Shown here in pieces: positions 1-11,500 of a stretch of DNA of 64,000 bases. The translations under genes and the position numbers were made by a program. The notes below the pieces were generated by a model. That model had not been told where the DNA came from. It saw nothing but the letters and a program-made list of their open reading frames with translations, and made no database searches. Source of the stretch: Mobula hypostoma (lineage: Eukaryota). Location of the stretch: NCBI RefSeq assembly GCF_963921235.1, contig NC_086097.1, positions 240,810,001 to 240,874,000 on the forward strand, written 5' to 3'. The stretch's first letter is position 1. Each line of letters starts with the position of its first letter.

Positions 1-204
1 TTCTGGGGTTCAGCTCAGGGCCAAGAACCCTGACTGATCAACCAGAACAGTTAGGAAAACAGCGACGAAGAATCCTTCTACACCTGAGTGTGACGGTATT
101 CCTGAGTCTCCACCCGAAACTTGCATGGCTGACAGTAATGAAAACCGAGAGGAAGCTACAGCACAATGAAGGAAGCCCTGAACACAGCCTAAACGAAGAC
201 CAAA

Positions 205-280
205 AATAGCCAAGGACAGAGAGAAGGAGGACCTTCATTGCTGCCCTAAATGCCCGTGGCATAATGGGCATTAAGTAAGA
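205..280 (+). mobile_element. Probable RTE-clade LINE extreme 3' end
   Basis: Translates as AKDRERRRTFIAALNARGIMGIK*, resembling the RTE C-terminal 'AKDR..WR.FVAAL' motif, followed by a taagtaag tail. Confidence 0.4.
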
Positions 281-1211
281 GAGGCGGGTTACCAGCAATC
301 GAGCCCGATCTAAATCCAGATCCCTAGAAACGTCCAGTATTTCAGCCAATGCACATTTGTCCCCAGCTGGTCAGTGTTAAACTCATATCACCTGACTGGA
401 ATGGTTCAAAAGATGTACAATACTAATATCAATTTGGACATCAGTTTATCGGAAGAACACAGCGAAAGAAAAATCAATTCCAGGAGGACAGCTAACATCT
501 TCAATAACAGGGACATTTTCTCCACTCTTTCTCATGTTGGAACTAGATCAAGGTTTTTTTTTTAAAACTGATGTGAGATGAACTGCACTCTAAAAAGATT
601 AGCAGAAGTAACTGGAATTGAATCTCACGCTGGAAAGTAATTGTTACCTTTCACCCGATTTCAACAGAAAACCAATTATAGGAATTCTGCTAATTAATAA
701 AATAATGCAGCACGATACTATAATGGTGCAATTTAAGATTAGCTTATTGAGGTAATAAAATAAACAAAGTGATGGAATTGTCAGGCATTTTAAAAATAAT
801 GAACCACAAAATGCCATCACTGGATTTAAGATGAGCAGCACACAGAACTGCCACAAGGCACATACTATAAGTTAAACCACTTCCACTTAATATTTTGATG
901 GAAATGGAAAGCAAATTTTCAGTGAAAATAAATTAAGAGGAATTGAAAAATGGCACAGGAGAGGTAATATAACGATAACTGAGATGCTTTAACTAGGTTT
1001 TTTAACCAAGGGTAAGCCTACACCACCATGTACAGAAAGAGAAAACTAAATTAAGTCAGATAGTCAACAATTCCATTGGCCTAAAGAGTAAATACAATGG
1101 CCAATATAGAACACAAGTATGCAGGTATAAAATTTGATTCCAAGTCCTTGTTGAGTTATTAGATCTCAGTCAATTAATACAAAATCTGGGTAGAGAAGGA
1201 GAAAATAGTAA

Positions 1212-1695
1212 CAAATCATATTTTGCCTGGGGAGTCTTCAACCTGACTGTATGAATATTAATTTCTCAAACTTCTGGTGATTTCTCTTTTTCTCTTCCCC
1301 ATTCTGGTCCACATCACACTCCTCTTCTCATTTGCCCATCACTTCCCTTTGATACTCTTCCTCCTTCCCTTTCACCCATGGTCCCCTCCTATTAGAATCC
1401 TCCTTCTTCAGACTGTTCCACTTATCACATCCCATCTTCTTACTTCATCCCATCCTCTCCCCCAACCAATACCTTCCCCCTCGCCTGCCAGCCTGTACTC
1501 CTTCTAGTCCCCCCAGCAACAACAATAGCTTCTGGCTTCTTCCCCCTTCCTTTTCAGCCCCGATGAAGGGTCTCGGTCAAAAATGTCGACTGTTTATTCG
1601 TCTCCATAGATGCAGCCTGTCCTAGTGAGCTCCTCCAGCATTGTATGTGTGTTACTCTGCATTTCCAGCATCTGCTGAATCTCCTGTGTTTATGA
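1212..1695 (+). mobile_element. Penelope-like element 3' fragment (end of ORF, pyrimidine-rich 3' region, terminal repeat with decayed hammerhead)
   Basis: 1212-1280 reads QIIFCLGSLQPDCMNINFSNFW*, matching the C-terminus of PLE GIY-YIG ORFs (LIFRLGSLQP.GMN). It is followed by a CT-rich tract, then ccgatgaagggtctcggtcaaaaatgtcgactg and the gatgcagcctg...ctccagca terminal sequence shared by the other copies. Confidence 0.75.
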
Positions 1696-1835
1696 GAAAT
1701 TTAACTGAATATTTTAACAAACAGCCAACCTGCACCATTACTCCTATGTACAGAAAAGGAAAATTAAATTAATTCACATAGTGAACAATTCCAGTGGCTT
1801 ACTGAGTAAATACAATAGCCAATATAGAATAGATG

Positions 1836-1985
1836 TAACACACAGAAAATGCTAGAGGAACTCAGTAGGTCAAACAGCATCTATGGAAATTAATAAACAG
1901 TCAACATTTTGGACAGGACTGAAAAATGAGGGGGAATATGCCAGAATAGCAGAGATCACAGAGGGGAAGCAGTGAGAGAGGGTTT
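1836..1985 (-). mobile_element. Penelope-like terminal-repeat fragment
   Basis: acacagaaaatgctagaggaactcagtaggtcaaacagcatctatgg...cagtcaacattt is the reverse complement of the terminal repeat at about 1590-1655. Confidence 0.7.
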
Positions 1986-2782
1986 GACGTATGCAGACTT
2001 AAAATTTGCTTTCAAGTTGGTGTTATCAGATCTCAGCCAATTTAGAACTCAAACGCCCTGTTCAATTAGTACACAAACATCTAGGTCGAGAAGCAGAAAT
2101 AATTTGTGTCCATTTACTTCTTTAAGATCAATTAAAAAATGTAACGTAGATGCAAGAGTGAGGTGGTGACAGCACTTGGCTGACTGGATTCACTTCCATG
2201 TTGCAGTCAGTAACACTTGGGCGAAGGATGACTCATAATGAAAAAAATGTGACAGGAACCTGCTCCCGAGTTATCATCCCAAGTTAATATTTACGGGAGC
2301 AAGCTGTAGAACTTGACAGTCCAAAACTGGGTTCAGTAAAAGTTACAGCAGACTTTAACACTGCTTTAACAAAGAGACCACCCATTGATAGGCATCAGTT
2401 GGCGATGAAGTATAAATTACGCCAATATTAAAAGGTGTCGTCTGCCCAGGGAGAATTATTGGGCAAGTGTACTGCCACGCTGGCTGTTCTGGTATAACCT
2501 CCTTTCCTGCTGCATCAACTTTTTACAAAGCATCTGCTTTGGATAAACGAAGTCGACAGTAGCAACAGACACAATCAATCTCCTAATGGCATTGTGCTCG
2601 ATAATACAAAAGCGTTGTGTAAGACAGCATGGTATCATAGTTGATGCCATTTTCCCACATTTTTCACGGACAAAAGAGGTAAGAAAAATGGTAGGCTACT
2701 CTTCAACACCAGAAGAAAAACACCTCATCTCTTTTTCAGATAGCCTTTAAGAAAGATTTTCATTTCAGTAGGCAAAACTGTG

Positions 2783-2920
2783 GCCTGAAGAAGGGTCTCC
2801 ACCTCAAACATGCACTGTTTATTTATTTCCATAGACGCTGCCTGTCCTGTTGAATTCCTCCAGCATTCTGTGTGTGTGTCACTGAGTTTCCAGCACCTGA
2901 AGATTTTCCTGTGTGTGTGT
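2783..2920 (+). mobile_element. Penelope-like terminal-repeat fragment with decayed hammerhead
   Basis: cctgaagaagggtctccacctcaaacatgcactg followed by gacgctgcctg...cctccagcattctgtgtg. Confidence 0.7.
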
Positions 2921-3418
2921 TTTTAGCTTTATATGGAAATTAGCTTGGTTATCTGACTTTAAAGCAGTTGCTTATTTCTTCCAACACATACCCAGTTAAG
3001 ACCAAAAACACTAACTGTTCTTGGACAAAAGAGTCAAGCAAAATTGTTGAAAATAACAAAATGCACATTTAACTGCTCTCTTGACCATCTGCTGCACAAT
3101 AAGTCCATACGCATTCTTGCACACATAACATAAAATCAGAGTAATGCAGCACGTTAACAGGCTCTTCTTCCGTCCGTGCCATACAAGTTATCCAATTTAA
3201 TGTGTTCCAAAGTTATCTGCTTATACGATGGATTCTATTATCTTCCTGATGTTAGTAAGCATTAATTATTTTTCCCTAATCAGAATCAGGTTTATTATCA
3301 CTGACATATGTTATGAAATTTATGGCTTTGCACAGCAGTGCAGTACAATACATAAAAATTACTCCAATTTACAACAAAAATATATTAAATATAAATAGTG
3401 CAAAAAGAGAGCAAAATA

Positions 3419-3599
3419 CACCCGCCCCCCTTTCAAATCTCTTACTAGCTCTTCCTTCAGTTAGTCCTGAGGAAGGCAGTCAGCCTGAAACGTCGACTGT
3501 ACCTCTTCCAAGAGATGCTGCCTGGCCTGCTGCGTTCACCAGCAACTTTGATGTGTGTTGCTTGAATTTCCAGCATCCGCAGATTTCCTCATGTTTGCG
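3419..3599 (+). mobile_element. Young Penelope-like terminal-repeat insertion inside a Rex1-like LINE tail
   Basis: Closely matches the + strand terminal parts of the 10897-11100 and 15821-16267 copies; flanked by aaaata (3413-3418 and 3600-3605), a possible TSD. Confidence 0.8.
3463..3498 (+). ncRNA. Minimal type-I hammerhead ribozyme motif (intact core)
   Basis: Stem I AGTC(3463-66)/GACT(3495-98); core CTGAGGA (3467-73); stem II AGGC-agtca-GCCT; GAAA (3487-90); C-GTC, with cleavage predicted after C3494; loopless palindromic stem III (ACGT). Confidence 0.75.
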
Positions 3600-4032
3600 A
3601 AAATAAGTAGAGTTCAGGGACAGCTCAGAAATCTGATGGCGGAGGGGAAGATGATGTCCCCTGTGGAATCCATGGACAAGCTGTTAATACTAAAGGGAGA
3701 GCTGCACAGCCGATCATAGTGAGGGGAAGACTCAGCTTCCATCACACTCAGAAAGTGGTGGTGGGAGAGGGGATGTGGGACCCAGTTCAGCCTGTCCCCG
3801 TCGTGGGGCCGCACTCACCACGCTGGTTCAGGCACAGGAACTGAGCCCTCAGCTCACTGTTGACTTCCTCCAGTCCTGACAGATACCTGCTGCACCCCTA
3901 CCTTGTGGGTAATATGCTATAACCTTTCATTTCTACTTTACTCAAGTTTAGAACATAAAACAGTACAATATAGGCCTTTCAGCCCATGATGTTGTGCTGA
4001 CTTGTTAAATCTACTCCATGATCAATCTAATC

Positions 4033-4573
4033 TAGGGTTGCCAACTGTCCCGTATTTGCCGGGACATCCCATATATTGGGCTAAATTGGTTTGTCCCATA
4101 CGGGACCGCCCTTGTCCCGTATTTCCCCCTCTAAGGTCAAGCGTTCCTATGAAACCGTTTGTAAGCCAAAATGGCGTAAAGCGCAGAAGCAATTACCATC
4201 AATTTATATGGGAAAAAATTTTTGAGCGTTCCCAGACAAAAAATAACCTACCAAATCATTCCAAATAACACATAACACCTAAAATAACAGTAACATACAG
4301 TAAAAGCAGGAATGTTATGATAAATGCACAGCCTATATAAAGTAGAAATAATGTATGTACAGTGTATCAGAGTCGGGAAGATTAAGCCAAAACCGATTTG
4401 TAGAAAAAAAAATCAGCATGTACACGTATGTGCACGTCACACATATGCACGTCACGCATGTGCCCGCACAAGGCTTCATGGCTATAGTAGTCTTTCTCGG
4501 GGTAAACACAAGTGTCCCATATTTGACTACTACTTTTGTCCCTTATTTGGGAGTGAGAAAGTTGGCAACCCTA
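4033..4573. mobile_element. Non-autonomous hAT DNA transposon (MITE), 541 bp, inserted in a CR1 3' end
   Basis: 14-bp TIRs tagggttgccaact (4033-4046) / agttggcaacccta (4560-4573); 8-bp TSD atctaatc / atttaatc (7/8 match). An 8-bp TSD is characteristic of hAT. Confidence 0.85.
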
Positions 4574-4694
4574 ATTTAATCCTCCCCTCCTACATAACTC
4601 TCCATTTTTCCGATCATCCATGTGCCTATCTAAGAGTTTGTTAAGTGTCCCTGATGTATCTGCCTCTGCCACCACCCCTGGCAGTGCAGTCCAT

Positions 4695-5275
4695 GCTGCA
4701 GAAAGTTGTAAACTCAGTCAGCTCCATCATGGGCACCGATCTTCATCGTGCCTGGGACATCTTCGAGAAGCAATGCCTCAAAAGACATTTAGAAAAATAG
4801 AGGGCTATTGGTAACCCGAGGTAATTTTTTCTAAGGTAAGGACATGTTCGGCACAGCATTGTGGGCCGAAGGGCCTGTATTGTGCTGTAGGTTTTCTATG
4901 TTTCTAAAAGGCGGCATCCATCATTAAGGACACCCATCACCCAGGACATGCCCTCTTTTCATTGCTACCATCAGTGAGGAAGTACAGGAACCTGAAGACC
5001 ATACTCAACAATTCAGGAAGAGCTTCTTCCCTGTTGCCATCCGATTTCTGAAAGGACATTGAACCTCTGAACACTACCTCACTATTTTAATTCTCTTTTA
5101 CACGACTTAACTTTAAACACACACAGTAATTTACAGATCTTATTAAAACTTTAAATATATACACACATGTACACACAGTCATTTACAGATTTTGTTATGT
5201 ATTGCGATGCAGTACTGCTGCTGTATACCAACAAATTTCATGACATATACAGTGATATTAAACCTGATTCTGAAT
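4695..5275 (+). mobile_element. Rex1/Babar-like LINE 3' fragment, interrupted by a CR1 3' end (about 4790-4905)
   Basis: Encodes K.ASIIKD.HHPGHALFSLLPS.R.YR.LKT-type motifs and ends in the caacaaatttcatgacatat...aaacctgattctga tail. Confidence 0.75.
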
Positions 5276-6707
5276 TGACTGACATGTAAACTGTGAAAAT
5301 AAAAATAACACTGAGAACATCAATTGAAAAAGAGTCCTTGAAAGTGAGTCTGCAGATTGTGGAATCAGGGACAATTGATATTATCCCCTCTGGTTCAGGT
5401 ACCGGATGGTTCAAAGGTAATAACTGATCCTGAACATGGTGTCGTGGGACCTAAGGTCTCTATAAGAGCTGACTAACAGCAAAGCAAGAAGGTAGCAGGG
5501 CTGGGGAGGGGGGGGGGTCCTTTATGATGGGTGCTGCTTTCTTGTGGCAGCGCTCCTTGTAAGTATGCTCAATGGTGGGGAAGGCTTTGCTTGTGATGGA
5601 CTGGACTCTGTCCACCATTTTCTGAAGAAAGTTGAAAGCTACTTTCTGCAGCACGTTGCAAGCAAAAGTTTATTGGCAAGGCACACAGGGTCACAAAGTC
5701 CGCCGATGCTCATAAACCTTTCATTTACGTGCCACTGAAGCACCCTATCTGCAGAGTACAAAAATAGTTACTCATCCCAAATTCATAATTCTCCACCCTT
5801 TCCCACAGAGAACCTGGCATTGACTCCTATGTGCATATTCTGGAGCATATTACGAACTGTGTATGTCAAAGTTTGCCAACACACATCCTGTGGTAAGCTG
5901 AACAGGCAATTCTAACAGCTTCTTGCTCAAGAAGATGGAAAACATTTAGTAAAATGATTTCCTGAACTGAGCAGAATTGATTGTACAATAGGTTACTTAT
6001 CCACACTGTTACAAAATCATCAAATGTAACATCCAGAAGAGGTTCGTCAATTCACATCGATATTTATGTAGCTGATTTTTAATAGAAAAAGTTATTTTTT
6101 CCATAAACTGTGGAAGTTGGACATCATCACTTCTTGAAGCAAGGAGTGCATTGCAACAAACTTATTGGATAAGTGATCTATTTCCTCGTTCTAGTCCATC
6201 ACTATCTTGTTCTAATTGATCCATGGAAAACACTTGAGGGACTGAATGAGCCATTCCTGTGACTGAGTTTCTATTAGGTGAAAATCAGAACTCTTTCCCA
6301 AAGAATCAAGATGCAGAGAAGACAGCTCTGAAAACAATTAGCTGTTTTTGTTTCATTTTTGTGGCTTGGATAGAGCATCCCTTCAACAAGCGGTGACAAG
6401 AAATCAGTCTTGTTAGACGTGGCACATGTCCCTTCTCTCACGCTTTCAGAATGAAGGTTCCTTAAAAATCTGCATCACTTGTTGTCTTTTCCTTCTTTCT
6501 TAAAGCTGCTCAGCACTCGCATTAAAAATTACCAACGTAATGGTGCCACAAGGGCAACTAGTACTTTTTTTTTTACACATAAAGAGTGGTGAATCAGAAA
6601 TAGCATCATTGTCATATGTCGTGAAATTTGCTGTCTTTGCAGCTGCAGTACAGTGCAATAGAAGAAATTGGAAAAAATAGTTTCACAAAAGCTGTGAGTA
6701 TATCATA

Positions 6708-6745
<38 letters not shown>

Positions 6746-7291
6746 ATAGTTAAACCAAATTAGTGCAAAAACAAATAGTGAGAGCTCAACGTCCATTCAG
6801 AAATCGCTCTTTGAAGATGCTGGAAAGGCTAGTGCCTATGATGGCACTGACCGAGTTTACAACTCCCGGCAGCTTTTCCTGATCCTGTGCAGCACCTCCT
6901 CCCCCTCCCCATACCACAGAGTGATGCAGTCCGTGAAAATGCGCTCCACAATATACATCAGTCTTAGTTTATATATAGTACTTTTTAAATTCTATTATAT
7001 TTCTCTTTTCCTCTAAGTGTCTACAGGAAAATGCATCTCGAAGTAGTATATGGCAACATGCACATTCTTTGATAATAAATTTACTCTGACTTTGATTTCA
7101 ATTTTACAACTCCACTATTCAAAACACCAAAAGCCAAAATCAAACAAAATTCATGACACAGCTCATAACACCAATAGTGCGTTAACTGGAAAGACAACTC
7201 CTTTCTTTCCGTATTACCAGCCTAATTAAAGGGTACTTAATGAATATTTTCACATGTAATTATCTCATATCTATATAGATATTTTTTTAAA

Positions 7292-7570
7292 TGGGTAGCA
7301 CATCACTTTACAGTGCCTGTGATCACAGATCAGGGTTCAATTCCCGTCACTGTCTGTAAGGAGTTTGTATGTTCTCCCTGTGGCCACGTGGGTTTCCTCT
7401 GGGAGCTCCAGTTTCCTCCCACAGTCCAGAAACAGTTAGCACTGGTGAGCTGTAAACATGCTATGTTGTGTGGGCTGCCCGCAGCACAATTCTCACTGAT
7501 TTGATTTAAAGCAAACAATGTATTTCTATATGTTTCAATGTGCATGTGACAAATGAAGCTAATCTTAAAA
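7292..7570 (+). mobile_element. V-SINE/HE1-like SINE (representative copy; others at about 9620-9790, 14895-15130, 17430-17715, 42975-43243, 46195-46360, 48205-48485, 48725-48960, 49560-49745, 53575-54105, 54780-55020, 55545-55715, 56670-56835, 57870-58440)
   Basis: tRNA-like B box gggttcaattccc followed by the V-domain-like core ggagtttgtatgttctccctg...gtgggtttcctctggg.gctcc.gtttcctcccac. Confidence 0.75.
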
Positions 7571-8274
7571 ATCTTATTTTTGGAAAAGTTACATATAGTT
7601 GAACTGCTTTGGAATGGCACTTTTATATACATGCATTTATGAGAAATTGTTTTAATTCTTACCCAACATAAATTACTAAATTACAAAACTTACTATGGTG
7701 TATTCATCTTAAAAGTAGACATTTCTCACTAATTAATATCATGTAATGATGCCAATTAACACAAGGACACACCAAGTGGTTACAACTTTGAGTGTAAACT
7801 CAATACCTTCCACAAAGCAGCCTCCAGGTCTCAGCAAAAACCAATGGAAATGCCGCCTCAGTGTTTAGATTTATGGGCCACTGTCCAACACAAGTGGCGA
7901 GATGGTTAAAGTGGAGGTGAGGTAAAATTTCTTATCTGAGCAGTTTCAGAATTGTTGGGTTTCTCCACGCTAGAGAGTGTGGTATATTCAAGCAAAAGTC
8001 CCTGTTTGGAATACTGGAAGCACAAGGTTCATGGAAAGTGGGCAGGAAAATAGATTTGAGGCCAAAGTACAAATCAACACTGATCTTTCTGAATGGAGAG
8101 AGTGTTGTACAATCTCAGCTGCTGCTTCTTTTTTTCAAATGTTCATATAGGACGAGGGAAAATTGGAGGGAACAAAATACAAGCACCCAGATTCACAGTT
8201 TGACTTCTCCCTTTGGCCTTAATGAAAATATTAATATGATTCTCAAAGCCCTGCCCGTCCTGAGCTTGAAGGGG

Positions 8275-8531
<257 letters not shown>

Positions 8532-8569
8532 CGCACGCATGGGAACTCTTATTGTTGTTGTTCTGCTGA

Positions 8570-8870
8570 ACACTGTGGGTATGCTATGCTGGCGGAAATT
8601 CAGCATGTCATCTAATACTTGGACAAATTTCTGTTGATGCACAGTGGGGAGTATCCTGTGACACTGGTCTGGTGTGGAAATACCCATGTCCAGGAACGCA
8701 AAAGTCTACAGCAAGTGGTGGATGCAGCCCAGTCTGTCACAGGCAAAGCCCTCCCCACTATTGAGCACATCGACAAGGACCACTGTCACAAGAAAGCTGC
8801 ATCCATCATCAACGACCCCCACCATCCACAGCATACTCTTGCTACTACCATCGGACAAGAGATAGCGGAG
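8570..8870 (+). mobile_element. Rex1/Babar-like LINE ORF fragment
   Basis: LRKFSMSSNTWTNF...W.GNTHVQERKSLQQVVDAAQSVTGKALPTIEHI...KAASIINDPHHP. Confidence 0.8.
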
Positions 8871-10896
8871 TCTTGGATGAGTTTTGTGTTTGTTGTTTTG
8901 GATTTCCTGCATCTGCAGAATCTCTGGTGTTTACCCTACAACCTTCAGACTCCTGAACCAACTTGGGTAACTTCACTCACCACAACCTACAGTCTCACTT
9001 TCAAGGACTCTTTACAACTTGTGTTCTCAGTATTATTTACTTTTTATTTGTTTCCTGAAGCCCTGGGTCTGGAAGTCTACAGGGGAAGTCGAAGGCCCAG
9101 TGTCTACAAGTCTTCTTTTGCGCATTGCCTGCTTACGTACCGTTTTTCATAAAATCTATTGTACTGAGGCGAGGGTTCAGGTTCTGCTTGCTGCTCCATG
9201 ATGTTTACACCGCCCTTCTCTGCGCTGAGGCTGAGGCTGAGGCTGGGGGCCTGTTCCAGGTGCTCCAGACTTTGTGGCATTTACACCACTACGTGCTGAA
9301 CTGAGGCTCAGGCTGTGGGCCTGCTCCGGGCTTCATGTCTGAGGACTCACTTTTGCTCTGAATGCTATTTCCTTACTTTTATTACTGGTTGTTTGTTAGT
9401 CATTTTTTTTAAAAAATAGGTTCTTTTGGGATTCTTGCATTGGGGCTGCCTGGAAGAAGACGAATCTCAAGGTTGTATATAGTAAACATAATTTGATAAA
9501 TATACTTTTTGAACTTTATTTTCCTGTAAATGCCTACGGGAAAATACATCTCAAGTATAGGGTAACATATACAAACTTTGATAATAAATTTACTTTAACA
9601 TCACCTTGACTTTGATTCTTAAGGTCATGAGGTAACCTACCAATCTCTTTTGGACTGCGGGAAAAACTAGAGCACCCAGGGAAAAACCATGCTTTCCATG
9701 GAAATTACGTCAGAGACGCCTTACAGAAAGGCGCCAGACTTGAACTGCAAACTTCTGAACGCCCTGTGCTCTAATAGCGTCACACCCTACGGTACCAGAA
9801 ACTTTTCCATTCTTGGGTGTTAGTGTTTCCATACCAGGCCATAATGCAACCACATAGGGCACTCTCCTCTGTGCATCAATAGAAGATTCCTCTTCGCTGT
9901 CAGGATTGGGACTAATTTTATTGGGTGCTACTCCAAAAACCACAGTGCTACTAGGCCCCATGTGTGCACATAAATTGTATTACATCAGTCTTGGATATGA
10001 ATTGAGGCCTGTTAGGCCATGCCATTCTGAAGCAGGAGTAGGATTTCAAGCACTGTGTGACCCAACATTTGCACCCTATCCATTAAGAGCACTGTAGGCT
10101 GGAACTGCGAGCTGGAATTCAGGGAAGACAGATAGCCCGGAACACACTGCTGTGGTTCCCATGTTTGTTACTGTATTTTGACTCCTGCGTTTGGCAGGAG
10201 TCGAGTGTCTCAGCAAAGAAATGTGTGAAATGAGCCCTGTTCTACTGAACCAGTACTGAGCCACAAGGTTAAACTGCAACTCTTCGCTGGTGCCAGATTA
10301 CTTGAAGTGACTTGTAAAACCCGTCAGACATTAAAGCGATAATTGTATCATCTTTACAGACGAACTAACCCTGTCTCATTGCAGTCCGTGGGTTTTACTG
10401 CTACATTGGTAACTTGGCAGCAATGTGGCAATTCACTTTGAAGAATCAAGTTAGGTGATGAAAGATTTCCACTGTTTTCTTCCTTGGTCTGTCTTTGTAT
10501 TTTTTTTAATTCAAAACCTACTTTTGCTCAAATCTAAGTGCAAATTGTGGAATATTAAACATACACCTGGATTACCTGGTAACAACAACTTATTCTACAA
10601 ATTTAAAAGCCCTATTTTAGATCACTCTGGACCAAACAGGCTCCCGTGTGATGAGACTGGAGCTACATTCTCAGGATCACTCATTTAACAAACTTTTTGG
10701 AGTCACAGAGAAGTACAGAAAGAAGCCCTTTTCTTAAAAGTTGAAATCGAGCTCGCATGCACCACTTCTGCTGGCAGCTCATTCCTTATTCTCACGACCC
10801 TTTGAAGGAAGAAGTTTCCCCTCATATTCCCCTTACATTTTTCACCATTCATCCTTAACCCATGGCCAGGATCAGAATCAGGTTTAATATCACTGG

Positions 10897-11100
10897 AGCA
10901 CACATCAAAGTTGCTGGTGAACGCAGCAGGCCAGGCAGCATCTCTAGGAAGAGGTACAGTCGGCATTTCGGGCCGAGACCCTTCGTCAGGACGTCGACTG
11001 TACCTCTTCCTAGAGATGCTGCCTGGCCTGCTGCGTTCACCAGCAAATTTGATGTGTGTTGCTTGAATTTCCAGCATCTGCAGAATTCCTCGTGTTTACG
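10897..11100. mobile_element. Fold-back Penelope-like terminal-repeat insertion with 13-bp TSD
   Basis: Inverted arms 10899-10962 and 10995-11058; minus-strand hammerhead-like core in the loop; TSD ttaatatcactgg at 10884-10896 and 11101-11113. Confidence 0.85.
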
Positions 11101-11500
11101 TTAATATCACTGGCATATGTCGAGAAATTTGCGGCAGCAGAGTGATGCAATACATGCTAATATTTTATATATACACACTTACATATACATACACTTAAAT
11201 AAATTGTGCAAAAAAATAAAATATAATGTGGTAATGTTTATGGGTTCAATGTCCATTCAGTTATCGGATAGCAGAAGGGGAAGAAGCTGTTCCTGAATCA
11301 TTGAGTGTGCGCCTTCAGGCTTCTGAACCTCCTTCCTGATGGTAACAATGAGAAGAGGGCCTGTCCTGGGTGGTGGGAGTACTTAATGATGGCTGCCACA
11401 TTTTTTGAGGTATCGTTCCTTGAAGATGTCCTGGATACTATGGAGACTAGTGCCCATGATGGAGCTAGCTGATTTAACAACTCTGCAGCTGACTTCCACC
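11101..11500 (-). mobile_element. Rex1/Babar-like LINE 3' fragment
   Basis: ORF 11298-11480 (-): AAIIKYSHHPGQALFSLLPSGRRFRSLKAHT; the family tail is split by the 10897-11100 insertion. Confidence 0.8.

Noticed and set aside
7324..7350. tRNA gene suggested by gggttcaattccc
   Set aside because: It is the B box of a multi-copy SINE head; no cloverleaf.
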